From positions 128,001-192,000 of the forward strand of contig CBDDEL010000017.1 in assembly GCA_965226885.1 (NCBI GenBank): 64,000 bases of DNA, read 5' to 3'. The position numbers were made by a program, and so were the translations under genes. Origin of the DNA: Opitutales bacterium. Lineage in GTDB: Bacteria > Verrucomicrobiota > Verrucomicrobiia > Opitutales > UBA2987. The notes beneath the pieces are model-generated. The model saw only the letters and a program-made list of their open reading frames with translations, was not told the DNA's origin and did no database searches. Of this stretch, positions 12,973-23,654 are shown one piece after another; within the stretch, counting starts at the first letter, position 1; each line of letters opens with the position of its first letter.

Positions 12973-13956
12973 ATGCCAGTGCAATTTTTCGATTATGAAC
13001 CTCTCGTTTTCGGCCCCCCGGAAACGGCGCCTTTTTCGGCTGTCGAAGAAGAGATTCTCGCTTTAAAAAGAGAGAAAAATGCAGTCCTGCTCGCGCACAA
13101 TTATCAAATAGAACCCATCCAGCGGGTGGCGGACTATGTGGGCGACTCCCTCGGGCTGGCCTACAAAGCGGCCGAGACCGATGCCGATGTTATTCTTTTC
13201 TGCGGGGTTCATTTTATGGCTGAGACGGCTAAAATTGTGAATCCGGAAAAAATCGTCATCCTGCCCGACCTGGAGGCCGGCTGTTCGTTATCAGATTCCT
13301 GTCCGGCCGATAAGCTGGCCGCCTATAAAGAGGCCAATCCGGACCTTTATGTGGTGGCTTACATCAATTGCTCGGCGGCCGTTAAAGCCCTCAGCGATGT
13401 CATTTGCACCAGCGGCAACGCCATGCAAATCGTGCAAAATATACCGCCAGAGAGAGAAATTTTGTTCGTCCCCGATCAAAACCTGGGCCAATGGGTGGCC
13501 AAAAAAACAGGGCGTCCGATGCGTCTGTGGCCCGGCAGTTGTTATGTCCATGTACTGTTCACGGTGCGTTCCCTGGAGAGGATTCGGGAACAATACCCAA
13601 AGGCACCCATTGTCGCTCACCCCGAGTGCATCGAAATCGTTCGTGATATGGCAGATGAAGTATGCAGCACCGAAAAAATGATCGGCTTCGCCAAAGAACA
13701 CCCTGCCGATACCATTATTGTGGTGACGGAGACCGGCATGCTTCATCGATTACAGAGGGAAGTCCCCGAAAAAACTTTCATCGCCGGTCCCACCGATACC
13801 TGCGCCTGCAACGAATGCCGGTTTATGAAATTGAACACGGTTGAAAAAACGCGGGATGCATTGATTAATTTGCAACCCCGTATAGAACTGCCGGAAGATT
13901 TGCGGATTGCCGCAGGTAAGCCAATCAAGCGAATGCTCGATTGGAGCCGTAAGTGA
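12973..13956 (+). CDS. nadA: Quinolinate synthase
   Basis: LAHNYQ, CGVHFMAE, AGCSL and AHPEC motifs; AAGGAG RBS before ATG 12973. Confidence 0.96.
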   Translation: MPVQFFDYEPLVFGPPETAPFSAVEEEILALKREKNAVLLAHNYQIEPIQRVADYVGDSLGLAYKAAETDADVILFCGVHFMAETAKIVNPEKIVILPDLEAGCSLSDSCPADKLAAYKEANPDLYVVAYINCSAAVKALSDVICTSGNAMQIVQNIPPEREILFVPDQNLGQWVAKKTGRPMRLWPGSCYVHVLFTVRSLERIREQYPKAPIVAHPECIEIVRDMADEVCSTEKMIGFAKEHPADTIIVVTETGMLHRLQREVPEKTFIAGPTDTCACNECRFMKLNTVEKTRDALINLQPRIELPEDLRIAAGKPIKRMLDWSRK

Positions 13957-15014
13957 AGCCCCTGCCGTTAGATGAGCGGACCCGCATAACTTATTTTTGG
14001 GATCGCATACGCGGTTGCGCGGGAGGCTTTTTGGAAGCCACCTTTCAAACATTCGCCCTCTTGGTAGCCATTCGGGTTTTCGAGGCCCCAACCTTCGTCA
14101 AAGCCACTCTGCCGGCCGCCTTTCCGATGGGTTTTCTGCTGGCCCCAATGACGGTTTATGTGGCCGCCAGGTTGCAACGCCGAGTGGGAGTCATATGCGC
14201 AAGCTATGCGGTATGCCGGTATGCGGCGCCATCGTCCTGGCCTTGGCGGTGGGCGCAGATGCACTCTGGGTTTATGTAGCCTACATTCTGGCAGCGCAAA
14301 TCATTTTATCACAAATAGTTCCCTTGGTGACGCAGATTTATACCAGAAACTATTCACCCAAAGAATTGGGCAGTCGTTTTTCGACTACTTTTCTAATATC
14401 CGCATCGATGGCGGCAGTGGTCTCCTACACCGGCGGGAAACTCCTCGATTACGACCTTTCTTATTATATCGGGATTTTCGTGTGCGGATCGCTGGCTTCG
14501 CTGGTGGTGGCGCTGGCTTTTCTAAGAATGCCGACCGATGCCCTCAAAAAAATCGCCAAAGGAAATCCCTGGCAAAGCGTCGTTTTGCTGAAACAGGATA
14601 AATTGTTCGCCTGGCTGCTGGGAGGCTGGATGATAATGGGCCTGGGGACCTTCATGACCTTTCCAATACGCATGGAATACATGGCCAATCCGGCTTACGG
14701 AGTCAATGCCACAAACGAGCAAATCGGTTTGATTCTCGGAGCCGTGCCCATGATCTACAGGCTCCTCTCGACCAAATTTTGGGGATATTTGTTTGATCGT
14801 TTAAATTTAATCACGCTGCGAATCATCCTGAACTTTCTTATGATGGTTTCCCACCTCTTGTTCTTCATGACTACCAACCCATGGCTGATGGGCATTGCAG
14901 CCGGAATATTCGGCCTCTCGTTTGGCGGCGGGAGAATTATTGTAAACGCCGGGGAAAAACCGGTACGGTAAAGAGGGCGCTTTAAAACCGGTACGCTTAT
15001 CCTAGAAAGGAGGA

Positions 15015-16520
15015 GTGTATCGAGATATGAAGCAATGGACAAGAGTGCGGCACAAAGTGCTGCGGGACAAGCAGAGCAAGCGCTCTGTAATGCGAGAAGA
15101 GGGACTGCACTGGGAGACCCTGGGAAAGATGCTGGCCTATTCCCAGCCGCCGGGATACCGGCGCAAGAAGAGGCGAGAGCGCAAGATCGATCCGTATGTG
15201 GGCTGGATCGAGGAGGTGCTCAAAGCGGACCGGAACGTGCCCAAGAAGCAGCGCCATACGGCCAAACGGATCTACCAGCGTTTGGGTCGGGAGAAGGGCT
15301 ACCAAGGGGGCTACACGGCGGTCAAGGAGGTGGTGGCCGAGCTGCGAGCGAGGCGGCGGGAAGTGTTCGTGCCGCTGGAGCACCGCCCCGGGGAGGGACA
15401 GGTGGACTTCGGTCATGCCCTGGTGAAGGAGGCGGGGCAATTGCGTAGGCGGCCATTTTTTGCCATGAGCCTGCCCTACAGCGATGCCTTTTTCGTGCAG
15501 GTGTTCGAACGGGAGTGCACGGAGAGCTTCTGGGAGGGGCACCTGCGAGCTTTTGAGTTTTTCGGGGCGGTGCCCCGGCGCATCAGCTATGACAACTCGA
15601 AGGTGGCGGTGGGTAAGATTATCGGTTCGCGTGAACGCAAGCTGACCGACGGGTTTCTGCAGCTACAGAGCCATTACCTGTTCGAGGAACACTTCTGTCT
15701 GCCCGCCCGGCCCAACGAGAAGGGCGTGGTCGAGGGGATCGTGCGTTATGCCCGGGCCAACTTCCTGGTACCGGTACCGCAGGTTCGGGACCTGGAGGAA
15801 CTCAACGCAAAGCTGTTGGAGGCATGTGAGCGGGACATGGAGCGTAAATTACGCGGGAAAAGGGCGGTGAAAAAGGAACTGCTGGCCGAGGAGCGCGCCG
15901 TCATGCTGGCGTTGCCGCCCATACCCTTTGAAGCGAGCCGCAAACGCTCGACCTGCGTCAGCAGCCTCTCGCTGGTGCGCTTCGAGTGCAACGACTATTC
16001 GGTGCCGGTGCGCTGCGCCCACCATCCGGTGGTGGTGGAAGGGTCCTGTCGGCAGGTGGTGATCTTCTGTGGGGGCCAAGAGGTGGCCCGGCACCGCCGC
16101 ATTTGGGATAAAGAGCAAGTCTCTTTCGAGCCGGTGCACTACCTGGCTTTGCTGGAGAAAAAACCGGGCGCTTTGGACTTCGCCCGCCCACTCTCGGGCT
16201 GGCAGTTGCCGCAGTGCCTGCAGGTCCTCAGACGCCGGCTCGAAAGCCAATGCGGGGGCGAAGGCACCCGGGAGTATATCCGGGTGCTGCGGCTGTTGGA
16301 GAAACACCCCATGGCGGCCTTGCAGCAGGCCGTCGTCTCGGCCCTGCGGGTGGGGGGACTGACTCGTGAGGCCATCGCCCAGTATCTCTATCCTCAGGAA
16401 GACTACGGGAGCAGAACCTTCCGGCTGGACGGCCATCCACACCTGCGTCACGTCCGTGTGGCCGCCCCTGACCTCGGTGCCTACAGCGAACTGCTCAAGA
16501 TTCCAGGAGGGGCTTTATGA
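15015..16520 (+). CDS. istA: IS21 transposase IstA
   Basis: QVDFG, YDNSK and EKGVVE DDE motifs. Confidence 0.95.
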   Translation: MYRDMKQWTRVRHKVLRDKQSKRSVMREEGLHWETLGKMLAYSQPPGYRRKKRRERKIDPYVGWIEEVLKADRNVPKKQRHTAKRIYQRLGREKGYQGGYTAVKEVVAELRARRREVFVPLEHRPGEGQVDFGHALVKEAGQLRRRPFFAMSLPYSDAFFVQVFERECTESFWEGHLRAFEFFGAVPRRISYDNSKVAVGKIIGSRERKLTDGFLQLQSHYLFEEHFCLPARPNEKGVVEGIVRYARANFLVPVPQVRDLEELNAKLLEACERDMERKLRGKRAVKKELLAEERAVMLALPPIPFEASRKRSTCVSSLSLVRFECNDYSVPVRCAHHPVVVEGSCRQVVIFCGGQEVARHRRIWDKEQVSFEPVHYLALLEKKPGALDFARPLSGWQLPQCLQVLRRRLESQCGGEGTREYIRVLRLLEKHPMAALQQAVVSALRVGGLTREAIAQYLYPQEDYGSRTFRLDGHPHLRHVRVAAPDLGAYSELLKIPGGAL

Positions 16521-17285
16521 AGGAAGAAAAAAACCAGCTGCTGTTACACCATCACCTCAAGAAACTGAAGTTGCCCACCATCCTGCGCGAATGGCCGGCG
16601 GTGGCCGCGGCTTGTTCCCGGGACCGGCTCGATTACGCCGCCTTTTTGTTGCATCTGGTCGAACGGGAGCTCATTGAACGCGAACAGCGGGCCGCCCAGC
16701 GGCGGATCAAAAACGCCCGTTTCCCCGTGCTCAAGACCCTCGAGAGCTTCGCCTTTGAAGCGCAGCCCTCGATCAACGAAGCGCTCATCCGAGAGCTCAT
16801 GCGCGGGGAGTATGTCGACCAGCGCGAAAACGTGCTGCTCCTCGGTAACGCCGGTACCGGTAAAACGCACCTGGCCACCGCCCTGGGCTTTGCCGCCTGT
16901 GCCCAGGGCCGGCGGATCCGTTTCTTCGGGGGTCACCGCCCTGGTTACCCATATGCTCGAGCAACGCGACAACCACGACCTGCAGCGCTTCATGAAGCAA
17001 CTCGAAAGGCTCGACCTACTCATCCTCGACGAACTCGGTTACGTCCCTTTTTCCAAGACCGGTTCCGAACTGCTCTTCGACGTGGTCAGCCGCGCTTACG
17101 AGCGCACCAGTCTCATCGTCACCACCAACCTGCCCTTTGAGAACTGGATCGAAGTGCTCGGTTCCGAACGGCTCACCGGAGCTCTGCTGGACCGACTCAC
17201 CCATCGGGTGCATATCCTCGAAGCCAACGGGCAAAGCTACCGCTTGCGCGATGCTCGACGCCGTCGCCGTGGCCCAAAACAATAA
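16517..17285 (+). pseudogene. istB: IS21 helper ATPase IstB, +1 frameshift
   Basis: G5 at about 16928-16932 versus G4 in intact copy 2; Walker A GNAGTGKT and LILDE lie in different frames. Confidence 0.85.
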
Positions 17286-17776
17286 ACGCCTTGGGCCCGG
17301 CTCGTCGGCCTCCGGCCTCCTCACCGACCCCAAGCCAATCCCCAAAACCAACTCCCAAACCCTAAACCTTGACGTACCTGCAATTACTAACCTAAACCTT
17401 ATTCCAAGCGTACCGGTTTTACCCCGACCCCCGTACCGGTTTCATCCCGGCGTTTACAAATTATGTGGCAGCTTTGGGTAACCAAGATTTCTCCCCCCAA
17501 AAAAACCGCTGACTATATGAGTGTGCACAGCGCTTTTACGGGAGTTCGCGGCTTGCTCGCCCCCTTCCTCGGCTATACTTTGCTGCAATGGGCGGGGCGG
17601 CGGGGCCGGGAATTGTCGGCTGGACGGGGGCGGCGGGGCCGGGAATTGTCGGCTGGACGGCCGCCGCACTGGTGGGAATCAGCATCATAATTTTTATACC
17701 CGCCCGTGTTTTAGTGGATGCCCGGAGCAGAAACTTGCCAACCTGAACTTCCCAAAAATTAAGAATAGGTTGATCT

Positions 17777-18808
17777 CTATCGTGGGCGAAACTCGAACAA
17801 TAACTCCAGGGTTTGCCGCAAATGGGCCCCCATTGAATCGTGGGTGGAAATTGTGCTGCGGCAAGGAAACGGATTTTTGCTTCTCGGCTTCGAATCGAGC
17901 AAAATAACCCGGTTTTCCTTCCAAGGTTCAAGCAGGTCCTCTGTCGAAAGAGGTTTCCACCTAATGGGAAGCCCGAACCCGGTAAAATCTATATCCCAAC
18001 CGGCAAACGATTCTCCGGGGATTTCACCTTCCCTAAGACTTGGATAACGACGAATAAAGTCCGGTATTTTTTTTGTGTTTACCCGCAAAGTGAAGACGGT
18101 GTCCAGGTTTAGAATATAATCGCTGATATTTTCTCCACCCTTATCTTGGTAATATGAAAAAAAAGCCAAGGGATCGAAACCAACCAGGTTCATGCCATTC
18201 AAGTTCCCGTGATCATTGGCATCTTCAAAATTTTTCAAATCATACCATCTCGAAAAAGATTCGGACAGTTGCAGGCCTATTTCGAAATGCAGGTGGGCGC
18301 GCTCTTTCGGTATGGCATAAATGGCGCTGCGGCCCATGATGCCCAAATTTTCCCCCGCCGCTACCACACTACCGGATTGTAAATGCGGTTCGATGATCCG
18401 CAAATGCGCATAGAGCGAATACAAAGCGGGTGTTTTAACGTTGTGCACAAGAACAATATAACGGCCATAGCTACTTTTTCCCGGCCTCCGGTTTAGGTAG
18501 GCCACTTTTCCGTCCATGGCGGCGAAAACCGGATCGACAGCCTCCCCTCTCGAATCGCGGCGCAGGGCCTTCAAATCCACTCCCTCATGAAAACGGGAGC
18601 CCTTGTTGCGGATACACCCAAATCCCCCGGACTCCGCATCACCGGATTGAGTGGGTTGAAGAAAACGCTCGATCCCGCGGCCCTCCAGAAAGGCGTTATT
18701 AGGCGTCGGCCAAACCAGCTTCGTCGATGCCCCCGGTGCGGAATTGGCAGTCAATGCTGCGATCGCAAATATGAAATTGAGCAAAATTCTGTAAAAAAGC
18801 CTTTTCAC
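17777..18808 (-). CDS. M23-family metallopeptidase, secreted
   Basis: Signal peptide; FHEGVD, YAHL and HLHFE motifs. Confidence 0.9.
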   Translation of the reverse strand: MKRLFYRILLNFIFAIAALTANSAPGASTKLVWPTPNNAFLEGRGIERFLQPTQSGDAESGGFGCIRNKGSRFHEGVDLKALRRDSRGEAVDPVFAAMDGKVAYLNRRPGKSSYGRYIVLVHNVKTPALYSLYAHLRIIEPHLQSGSVVAAGENLGIMGRSAIYAIPKERAHLHFEIGLQLSESFSRWYDLKNFEDANDHGNLNGMNLVGFDPLAFFSYYQDKGGENISDYILNLDTVFTLRVNTKKIPDFIRRYPSLREGEIPGESFAGWDIDFTGFGLPIRWKPLSTEDLLEPWKENRVILLDSKPRSKNPFPCRSTISTHDSMGAHLRQTLELLFEFRPR

Positions 18809-18820
18809 GAATTTCCCGAA

Positions 18821-19729
18821 TCAAAGAGAAAGCAATTTCGATATATCGGTAAAATATCGATCGACCTGTGAATGAAAAAAGAAAAAATATAGCAATCCCG
18901 CTGCGGCCAGCATGGGCCCGAACGGCACCTGTTTTCCCATCAGAGCTTTGGATTCATCCCCATCGCCCTCCTTCGACTCAGAGTTTTTGCTCCCAAAAAC
19001 CAATCGGAAAATGAGGTAACAAACCACCCCGGCAGTCCCAAGCATAGCCCCGCCAAAGAATGAGAAAATTGCCCCTTTCCAGCCGCAAAAAGCGCCGATA
19101 GCGCCCATCAACTTGACATCTCCAAATCCCATCGCTTCTTTCCGCAGGACTATCTCGGCCAGCAACCCGATCCACAGCACCAGGGCCGATCCGATTAAAG
19201 CCCCCGTCAATGCCGCCACCAGGGACCGCAGGGCATCCAGCAAATAAATGCTCTCTCCAAATCCATGCAGGGAGGGAAATGCCAGGGATATGAGAAGCCC
19301 GCTGACAAATCCGCCGATCGTAAAACGGTCGGGAATATACATCTCGTCCAGATCAATGAAGGAGGCGCAAATCAACAGGCTGCAAAAAAACATCCCGCCG
19401 ACGGCTTTTCCGGGGAGAAACAATATCCAGCACAGCAGAAAAGCCAGGCCTGTCAGCGCCTCGATAATCGGATAACGAACGCTGAAGGATCGCCCGCAGC
19501 AGCGAGCTTTTCCTCTCAGCAAAATCCAGCTCAGGATGGGAAGATTGTCATACCAGGCGATGCGTTGGCCGCAGGCACACCGAGAGGGCGGCGTAACAAT
19601 GGAAACTTCTTTCGGGATACGGTAAATGCAGACATTGAGAAAACTCCCCACGACAGCTCCGAACAAAAAGGCAAAGAACGGGTAGAACCAGGGGAATTGG
19701 GCATCGATTAATGCATACTGATCGAGCAT
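18821..19729 (-). CDS. pilD: Prepilin peptidase
   Basis: GSFLNVCIYRIP, Cys pairs, FIDLD, MGFGDVKL and PFGP motifs. Confidence 0.93.
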   Translation of the reverse strand: MLDQYALIDAQFPWFYPFFAFLFGAVVGSFLNVCIYRIPKEVSIVTPPSRCACGQRIAWYDNLPILSWILLRGKARCCGRSFSVRYPIIEALTGLAFLLCWILFLPGKAVGGMFFCSLLICASFIDLDEMYIPDRFTIGGFVSGLLISLAFPSLHGFGESIYLLDALRSLVAALTGALIGSALVLWIGLLAEIVLRKEAMGFGDVKLMGAIGAFCGWKGAIFSFFGGAMLGTAGVVCYLIFRLVFGSKNSESKEGDGDESKALMGKQVPFGPMLAAAGLLYFFFFHSQVDRYFTDISKLLSL

Positions 19730-19776
19730 AGAATCAGAGTTTCAAAATCAAGGGCAAATGCAAGGCGGTTTCGTAA

Positions 19777-22080
19777 TCAGGAATCGACCAACACGCCTTT
19801 GCCTTTGGGCTTCGCAATCAGCGGAATGTCCTTATGCAATTCCATCAACACCCGCTCCGGCGTCAAGGGAGATATAAACCCAAAATCGGTTTTCGGGGAA
19901 AAGGCTTTCATGGCGTTGCGAAGAGCGAAAAATACGCCGATCCCATACATTAAGGGCGGCTCCCCAACGGCCTTGGTGCCGAACGGCCCAAATTTGTTGT
20001 CCGAATCCTCCAGAAATTTCACTTCCATATCATCGGGCATGAAATAGACGTCGGGCGCCTTGTAGGTGGACAAGGCGTGGGAAATGCAGCGCCCATCCTT
20101 ATCGAATTGCAAGTCTTCCAGGGTCATCCAGCCAAGCCCCTGGGCCAGCCCCCCTTCAACTTGGCCCAAATCCACAGTTTTGTTAATGCTGCGGCCGATG
20201 TCGTGCACGATTTTGGCTGAATCAATGGTATAGGTCCCCCTCAGGCAATCCACCGTGACTTCGATCAAAGAGGTGCCATAAACATGATAGGCAAAGGGAT
20301 TACCCTTTCCCTTTTGAGGGTTAAAATAAACTCCCGGCGTGGCATAAAAGCCATGGGCGGAGAGCTTTTTGCGTTTCATATAGGTTTTGCTGACCAATTC
20401 CTCCCAGGTGAGAACCGATTCGGAACCGTCGTAGCAGACAATTTCGTCCACGATCTGGATCTTGTTTTTATCCTCTACGCCGAGTTCCTCCAGGGCGACT
20501 TCTTTCATCCCGTCGAGGATTTGTTCGACCGCTCGGATGGTGGCATTACCGTTGAGGTCGGTCGTGGCGCTGGCTGCGCTGGGCGACATGTTGGCCACTC
20601 GGGTCGTGTTGGTGCTTTCCACTTTTACCCGCTCTTCCCCAATCCCGAAGGTTTTGGCCGCGATGGACGCCATATTGGTGCTGATCCCCTGCCCCATTTC
20701 AATGCCGCCGGTGGTCACGCCCACGCTGCCGTCGAGATAGACATGAACGAGCGCATTGCCCTGGTTGAGAAAATACTTGGTGAAGGAGATGCCGAAGCAA
20801 ATCGGCATGAGGGCATAGCCTTTTTTAAACTCAAAATGTTCCTGGTTAAAGGACTCGACTCTCCGGCCAACCCCTTCCAGGTCGAAATCGCTGCAAGCCT
20901 GATCCCAGGCTCTGCCCATGGTGCAGTTTTTAACCGGCTGGCCGTAAAATAAATACTGGCCCTCGGAAATGAGGTTTTTGGCCTGAATTTCCTCCGCCCG
21001 CATACCCATTACCTCAGCCGCTTTGTTAATGGCCGATTCGATGACGAACATACCCTGGGGCCCACCGAATCCCCGAAATGCCGTGTTGGATGGCAAATTT
21101 GTCCGGCAGGGAGCAGCAAACACGCGGACGTTGGGTATATAATAGGAGTTGGTGCTGTGCACAATGGTCCGTTCCAATACCGGTGTGGATAGATCGGCGA
21201 AAGCACCCGAATTCTGGTAATGGCTGACATCGTAGGCGAGGATGCGGCCATCCTTGGTCAGCCCCATTTTGAAATCGCTGGAATAGGGATGTCTTTTGCC
21301 CGTCATTTTGATGTCGTCCAGCCGGTTGAGAACAAGCTCCACCGGTTTTTGCAGGTGTAAGGCGCAAAGGCCCGCCATGCATCCCCAATGGGTGGCCTGG
21401 TCTTCCTTGCCGCCGAAACCCCCGCCCAGTCTTTTCACATCCACCTCAAGTTTATGAATGGGCAGCCCCAACAAAATGGCCGCCGCCGACTGCAACGCGG
21501 CCGGGCTTTGCGTGGAGGCGAAAATTTGCAGGCATCGATCCTCTTTGGGTATAGCCCTGGCGCGCTGCGTTTCCAGGTAAACATGCTCCTGTCCGGCCAT
21601 ATCGCAACGGCCTTCCACAACGATATCGCAATCCTTCCAGGTCGCTTCCACATCACCCGACGAATTGATGCGCGGCTCGTCCACAAATTCTCCATTGCGG
21701 AAGGCCTCCCGTGGGTCGATGACCACTGGCAAGGGCGCAATAGCAACCGAGACATCCTCGCGCGCCTGGCGGGCAATTTCGGGAGTCTCCGCCACGATTA
21801 TAGCCACCGGCTGCCCGATAAAGCGGACCTTGGAAACGGCTAAAAGCTCCTCATCCTGGAAAATGGGTCCAAAACAATTGGTTCCCGGAATATCCTCAGC
21901 CGTGAAGACCGCCACCACTCCCTCGACCGCGCGGGCTTTTTCCAGGTTCAGGTTTTCAATTGTGCCATGCGCGCAGGGGGAGCCGTAAACGGCCGCATGT
22001 AGCATTTCCGCCGGCGGCGGCACGTCGTCCACATACTGGGATTCCCCCCGCACATGAAGATGCGAATCAATGTGCTTCAT
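19777..22080 (-). CDS. xdhB: Xanthine dehydrogenase molybdopterin-binding subunit
   Basis: GGGFGGKE, AFRGFGGPQG and KAVGEPP motifs. Confidence 0.94.
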   Translation of the reverse strand: MKHIDSHLHVRGESQYVDDVPPPAEMLHAAVYGSPCAHGTIENLNLEKARAVEGVVAVFTAEDIPGTNCFGPIFQDEELLAVSKVRFIGQPVAIIVAETPEIARQAREDVSVAIAPLPVVIDPREAFRNGEFVDEPRINSSGDVEATWKDCDIVVEGRCDMAGQEHVYLETQRARAIPKEDRCLQIFASTQSPAALQSAAAILLGLPIHKLEVDVKRLGGGFGGKEDQATHWGCMAGLCALHLQKPVELVLNRLDDIKMTGKRHPYSSDFKMGLTKDGRILAYDVSHYQNSGAFADLSTPVLERTIVHSTNSYYIPNVRVFAAPCRTNLPSNTAFRGFGGPQGMFVIESAINKAAEVMGMRAEEIQAKNLISEGQYLFYGQPVKNCTMGRAWDQACSDFDLEGVGRRVESFNQEHFEFKKGYALMPICFGISFTKYFLNQGNALVHVYLDGSVGVTTGGIEMGQGISTNMASIAAKTFGIGEERVKVESTNTTRVANMSPSAASATTDLNGNATIRAVEQILDGMKEVALEELGVEDKNKIQIVDEIVCYDGSESVLTWEELVSKTYMKRKKLSAHGFYATPGVYFNPQKGKGNPFAYHVYGTSLIEVTVDCLRGTYTIDSAKIVHDIGRSINKTVDLGQVEGGLAQGLGWMTLEDLQFDKDGRCISHALSTYKAPDVYFMPDDMEVKFLEDSDNKFGPFGTKAVGEPPLMYGIGVFFALRNAMKAFSPKTDFGFISPLTPERVLMELHKDIPLIAKPKGKGVLVDS

Positions 22081-23519
22081 AGTTCGTAGAAATCCTTCAC
22101 TTTAAATTTTTGTGGGCACAGTTTGGTTAAATGGCCGATAAACAACTGCTTGGCCAGCCGTCGCTTATAATCGGCTTTGCCCCGCACGTCGTCAATGGGG
22201 GCAATCTCCTCCTGAGTCATCTCAATCGCTCTGCGGGCGTTTTCCATATTGATCGCCCTGCCTTCCAGGAATTGGCAGGTCTGCCCCAAAAATAAGGGAA
22301 TGGGGGCCACGCCTCCGAGGCTGAACTGTATATTCTTGACCACCCCGTCTTCCACTTGCAGCAGCATGCCGCTGTTGACGCTGGCAATATCCAGGCAGGT
22401 CCTTTTGGAGACTTTTTCGAAATTGATCTTTGTGCCCGAGACAGGCGCCGGAAACCAGATCGTGGTCAGGATTTCCGATTTTTTCCGATCCATTTGTTTG
22501 TAGCCCTTGTAAAATTCCTTCAGTGGCACGACCCTCTCCTTTTTTCCATCTCGCAGAACCAACTCGCTCTCCAGGACCAGCAAAAGAGCGGTCATATCGC
22601 CGATGGGCGACGCGTTGATAATATTTCCGGACAAGGTGGCCCGATTGCGCACCTGCCAGGAGGCTATCAGATACATGAAATGTCCCAAATCGGGCATCAA
22701 TTCCTGCATCTCTGGATTGTCTCTAAATTCCTCGAAAGTGGTCAATGCGCCCACCTCGTAATGACCATTGACCCGTCGGATTCCCTTCATTCCGGGCAAT
22801 CGGTTGAGAATCTTGACATTGGTATCAGGAATCTTTTCGCCCACCTGCACGTAGAGATCGGTTCCCCCGGCAATTAATAAATCCGTTCCATCGAAGCCAT
22901 TTTCGTTCGAGGCCTCAACCGGTTCCGGCGCTAAATCCCGCAGCATGCTCGGAATTTCCAAAAAATAATTGGGCAGGGCTCCCACCGCAACCAGACTGGA
23001 CAACCTGTCGTCTGCGCTAAGATGCGGCCCCAGGCGCTCGCTCAGCAAAGCCGCCGTGTTTTTCAGCGAATGGTAGCCGGTGCATCGGCAGAGATGCCCG
23101 CTGAGGGCATATTTGATTCCCTCCAGATCGACCGTTTTGCTCGAATCCATGAGCAAGGCATTCATGGAAACGACAATTCCAGGAGTGCAGAAGCCGCATT
23201 GGGTCCCCCCTTCTTCCACCACGGCCTGTTGCACCGGGGAAAGCTCGTTCATGTTCAGCCCCTCGATCGTGACAAGATGCATTCCCTCCAATTCCCCCAG
23301 AGGCAGCAGGCAGGAGGTAACCGGTTTATATTGCACCGTATCGTCCTCCAGCAGGCTCCCCACGAGCACCACACAGGCGCCGCAATCCCCCTCCTTACAA
23401 CCTTCCTTGGTGCCCGTTTGCCACAATTGCCGGCGAAGAAAATCGAGTACCAGCATACCTGTGGGATAATCGGTTTCGATTAAATGTTCGTTGAGGATGA
23501 AGTTTGTTAAATGCGTCAT
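22077..23519 (-). CDS. xdhA: Xanthine dehydrogenase small subunit (2Fe-2S + FAD)
   Basis: GTKEGCKEGDCGAC, QCGFCTPG, LCRCTGY and AGGTD motifs. Confidence 0.94.
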   Translation of the reverse strand: MTHLTNFILNEHLIETDYPTGMLVLDFLRRQLWQTGTKEGCKEGDCGACVVLVGSLLEDDTVQYKPVTSCLLPLGELEGMHLVTIEGLNMNELSPVQQAVVEEGGTQCGFCTPGIVVSMNALLMDSSKTVDLEGIKYALSGHLCRCTGYHSLKNTAALLSERLGPHLSADDRLSSLVAVGALPNYFLEIPSMLRDLAPEPVEASNENGFDGTDLLIAGGTDLYVQVGEKIPDTNVKILNRLPGMKGIRRVNGHYEVGALTTFEEFRDNPEMQELMPDLGHFMYLIASWQVRNRATLSGNIINASPIGDMTALLLVLESELVLRDGKKERVVPLKEFYKGYKQMDRKKSEILTTIWFPAPVSGTKINFEKVSKRTCLDIASVNSGMLLQVEDGVVKNIQFSLGGVAPIPLFLGQTCQFLEGRAINMENARRAIEMTQEEIAPIDDVRGKADYKRRLAKQLFIGHLTKLCPQKFKVKDFYEL

Positions 23520-23654
23520 TTCAAATCGGGTAAAAATCTTTGGCCTATTGCAGCAGACCTACAGAAATTAACCACCAACATACCTGTTTTGCATCAAAAT
23601 TGTAATTTTAACCAGTCTAATTCGTCAAATATTTTTCCAGCCTTGTTCTATCAT

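Larger units (their letters stand above)
14941..17458 (+). mobile_element. IS21-family element, copy 1 (istB frameshifted)
   Basis: TGTAAACGCCGGG...CCCGGCGTTTACA termini, subterminal AAACCGGTACG repeats and a 6-bp TSD AATTAT (14935-14940 / 17459-17464). Confidence 0.96.
13953..17746 (+). pseudogene. MFS transporter disrupted by an 8-bp duplication, an IS21 insertion, a second 8-bp duplication and a 33-bp duplication
   Basis: Removing the duplication at 14209-14224, IS21 (14941-17458 plus its TSD), the 33-bp duplication (17595-17660) and the 8-bp duplication (17591-17606) gives one multi-TM frame ...SYAVCGAIV...GGGRIMWQLW...LQWAGPGIVGWTAAAL...NLPT*. Confidence 0.88.

Noticed and set aside
17591..17660. 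33-bp direct repeat as a CRISPR or VNTR array
   Set aside because: Only two abutting units, no spacers and no cas genes; explained as a duplication within the MFS pseudogene.
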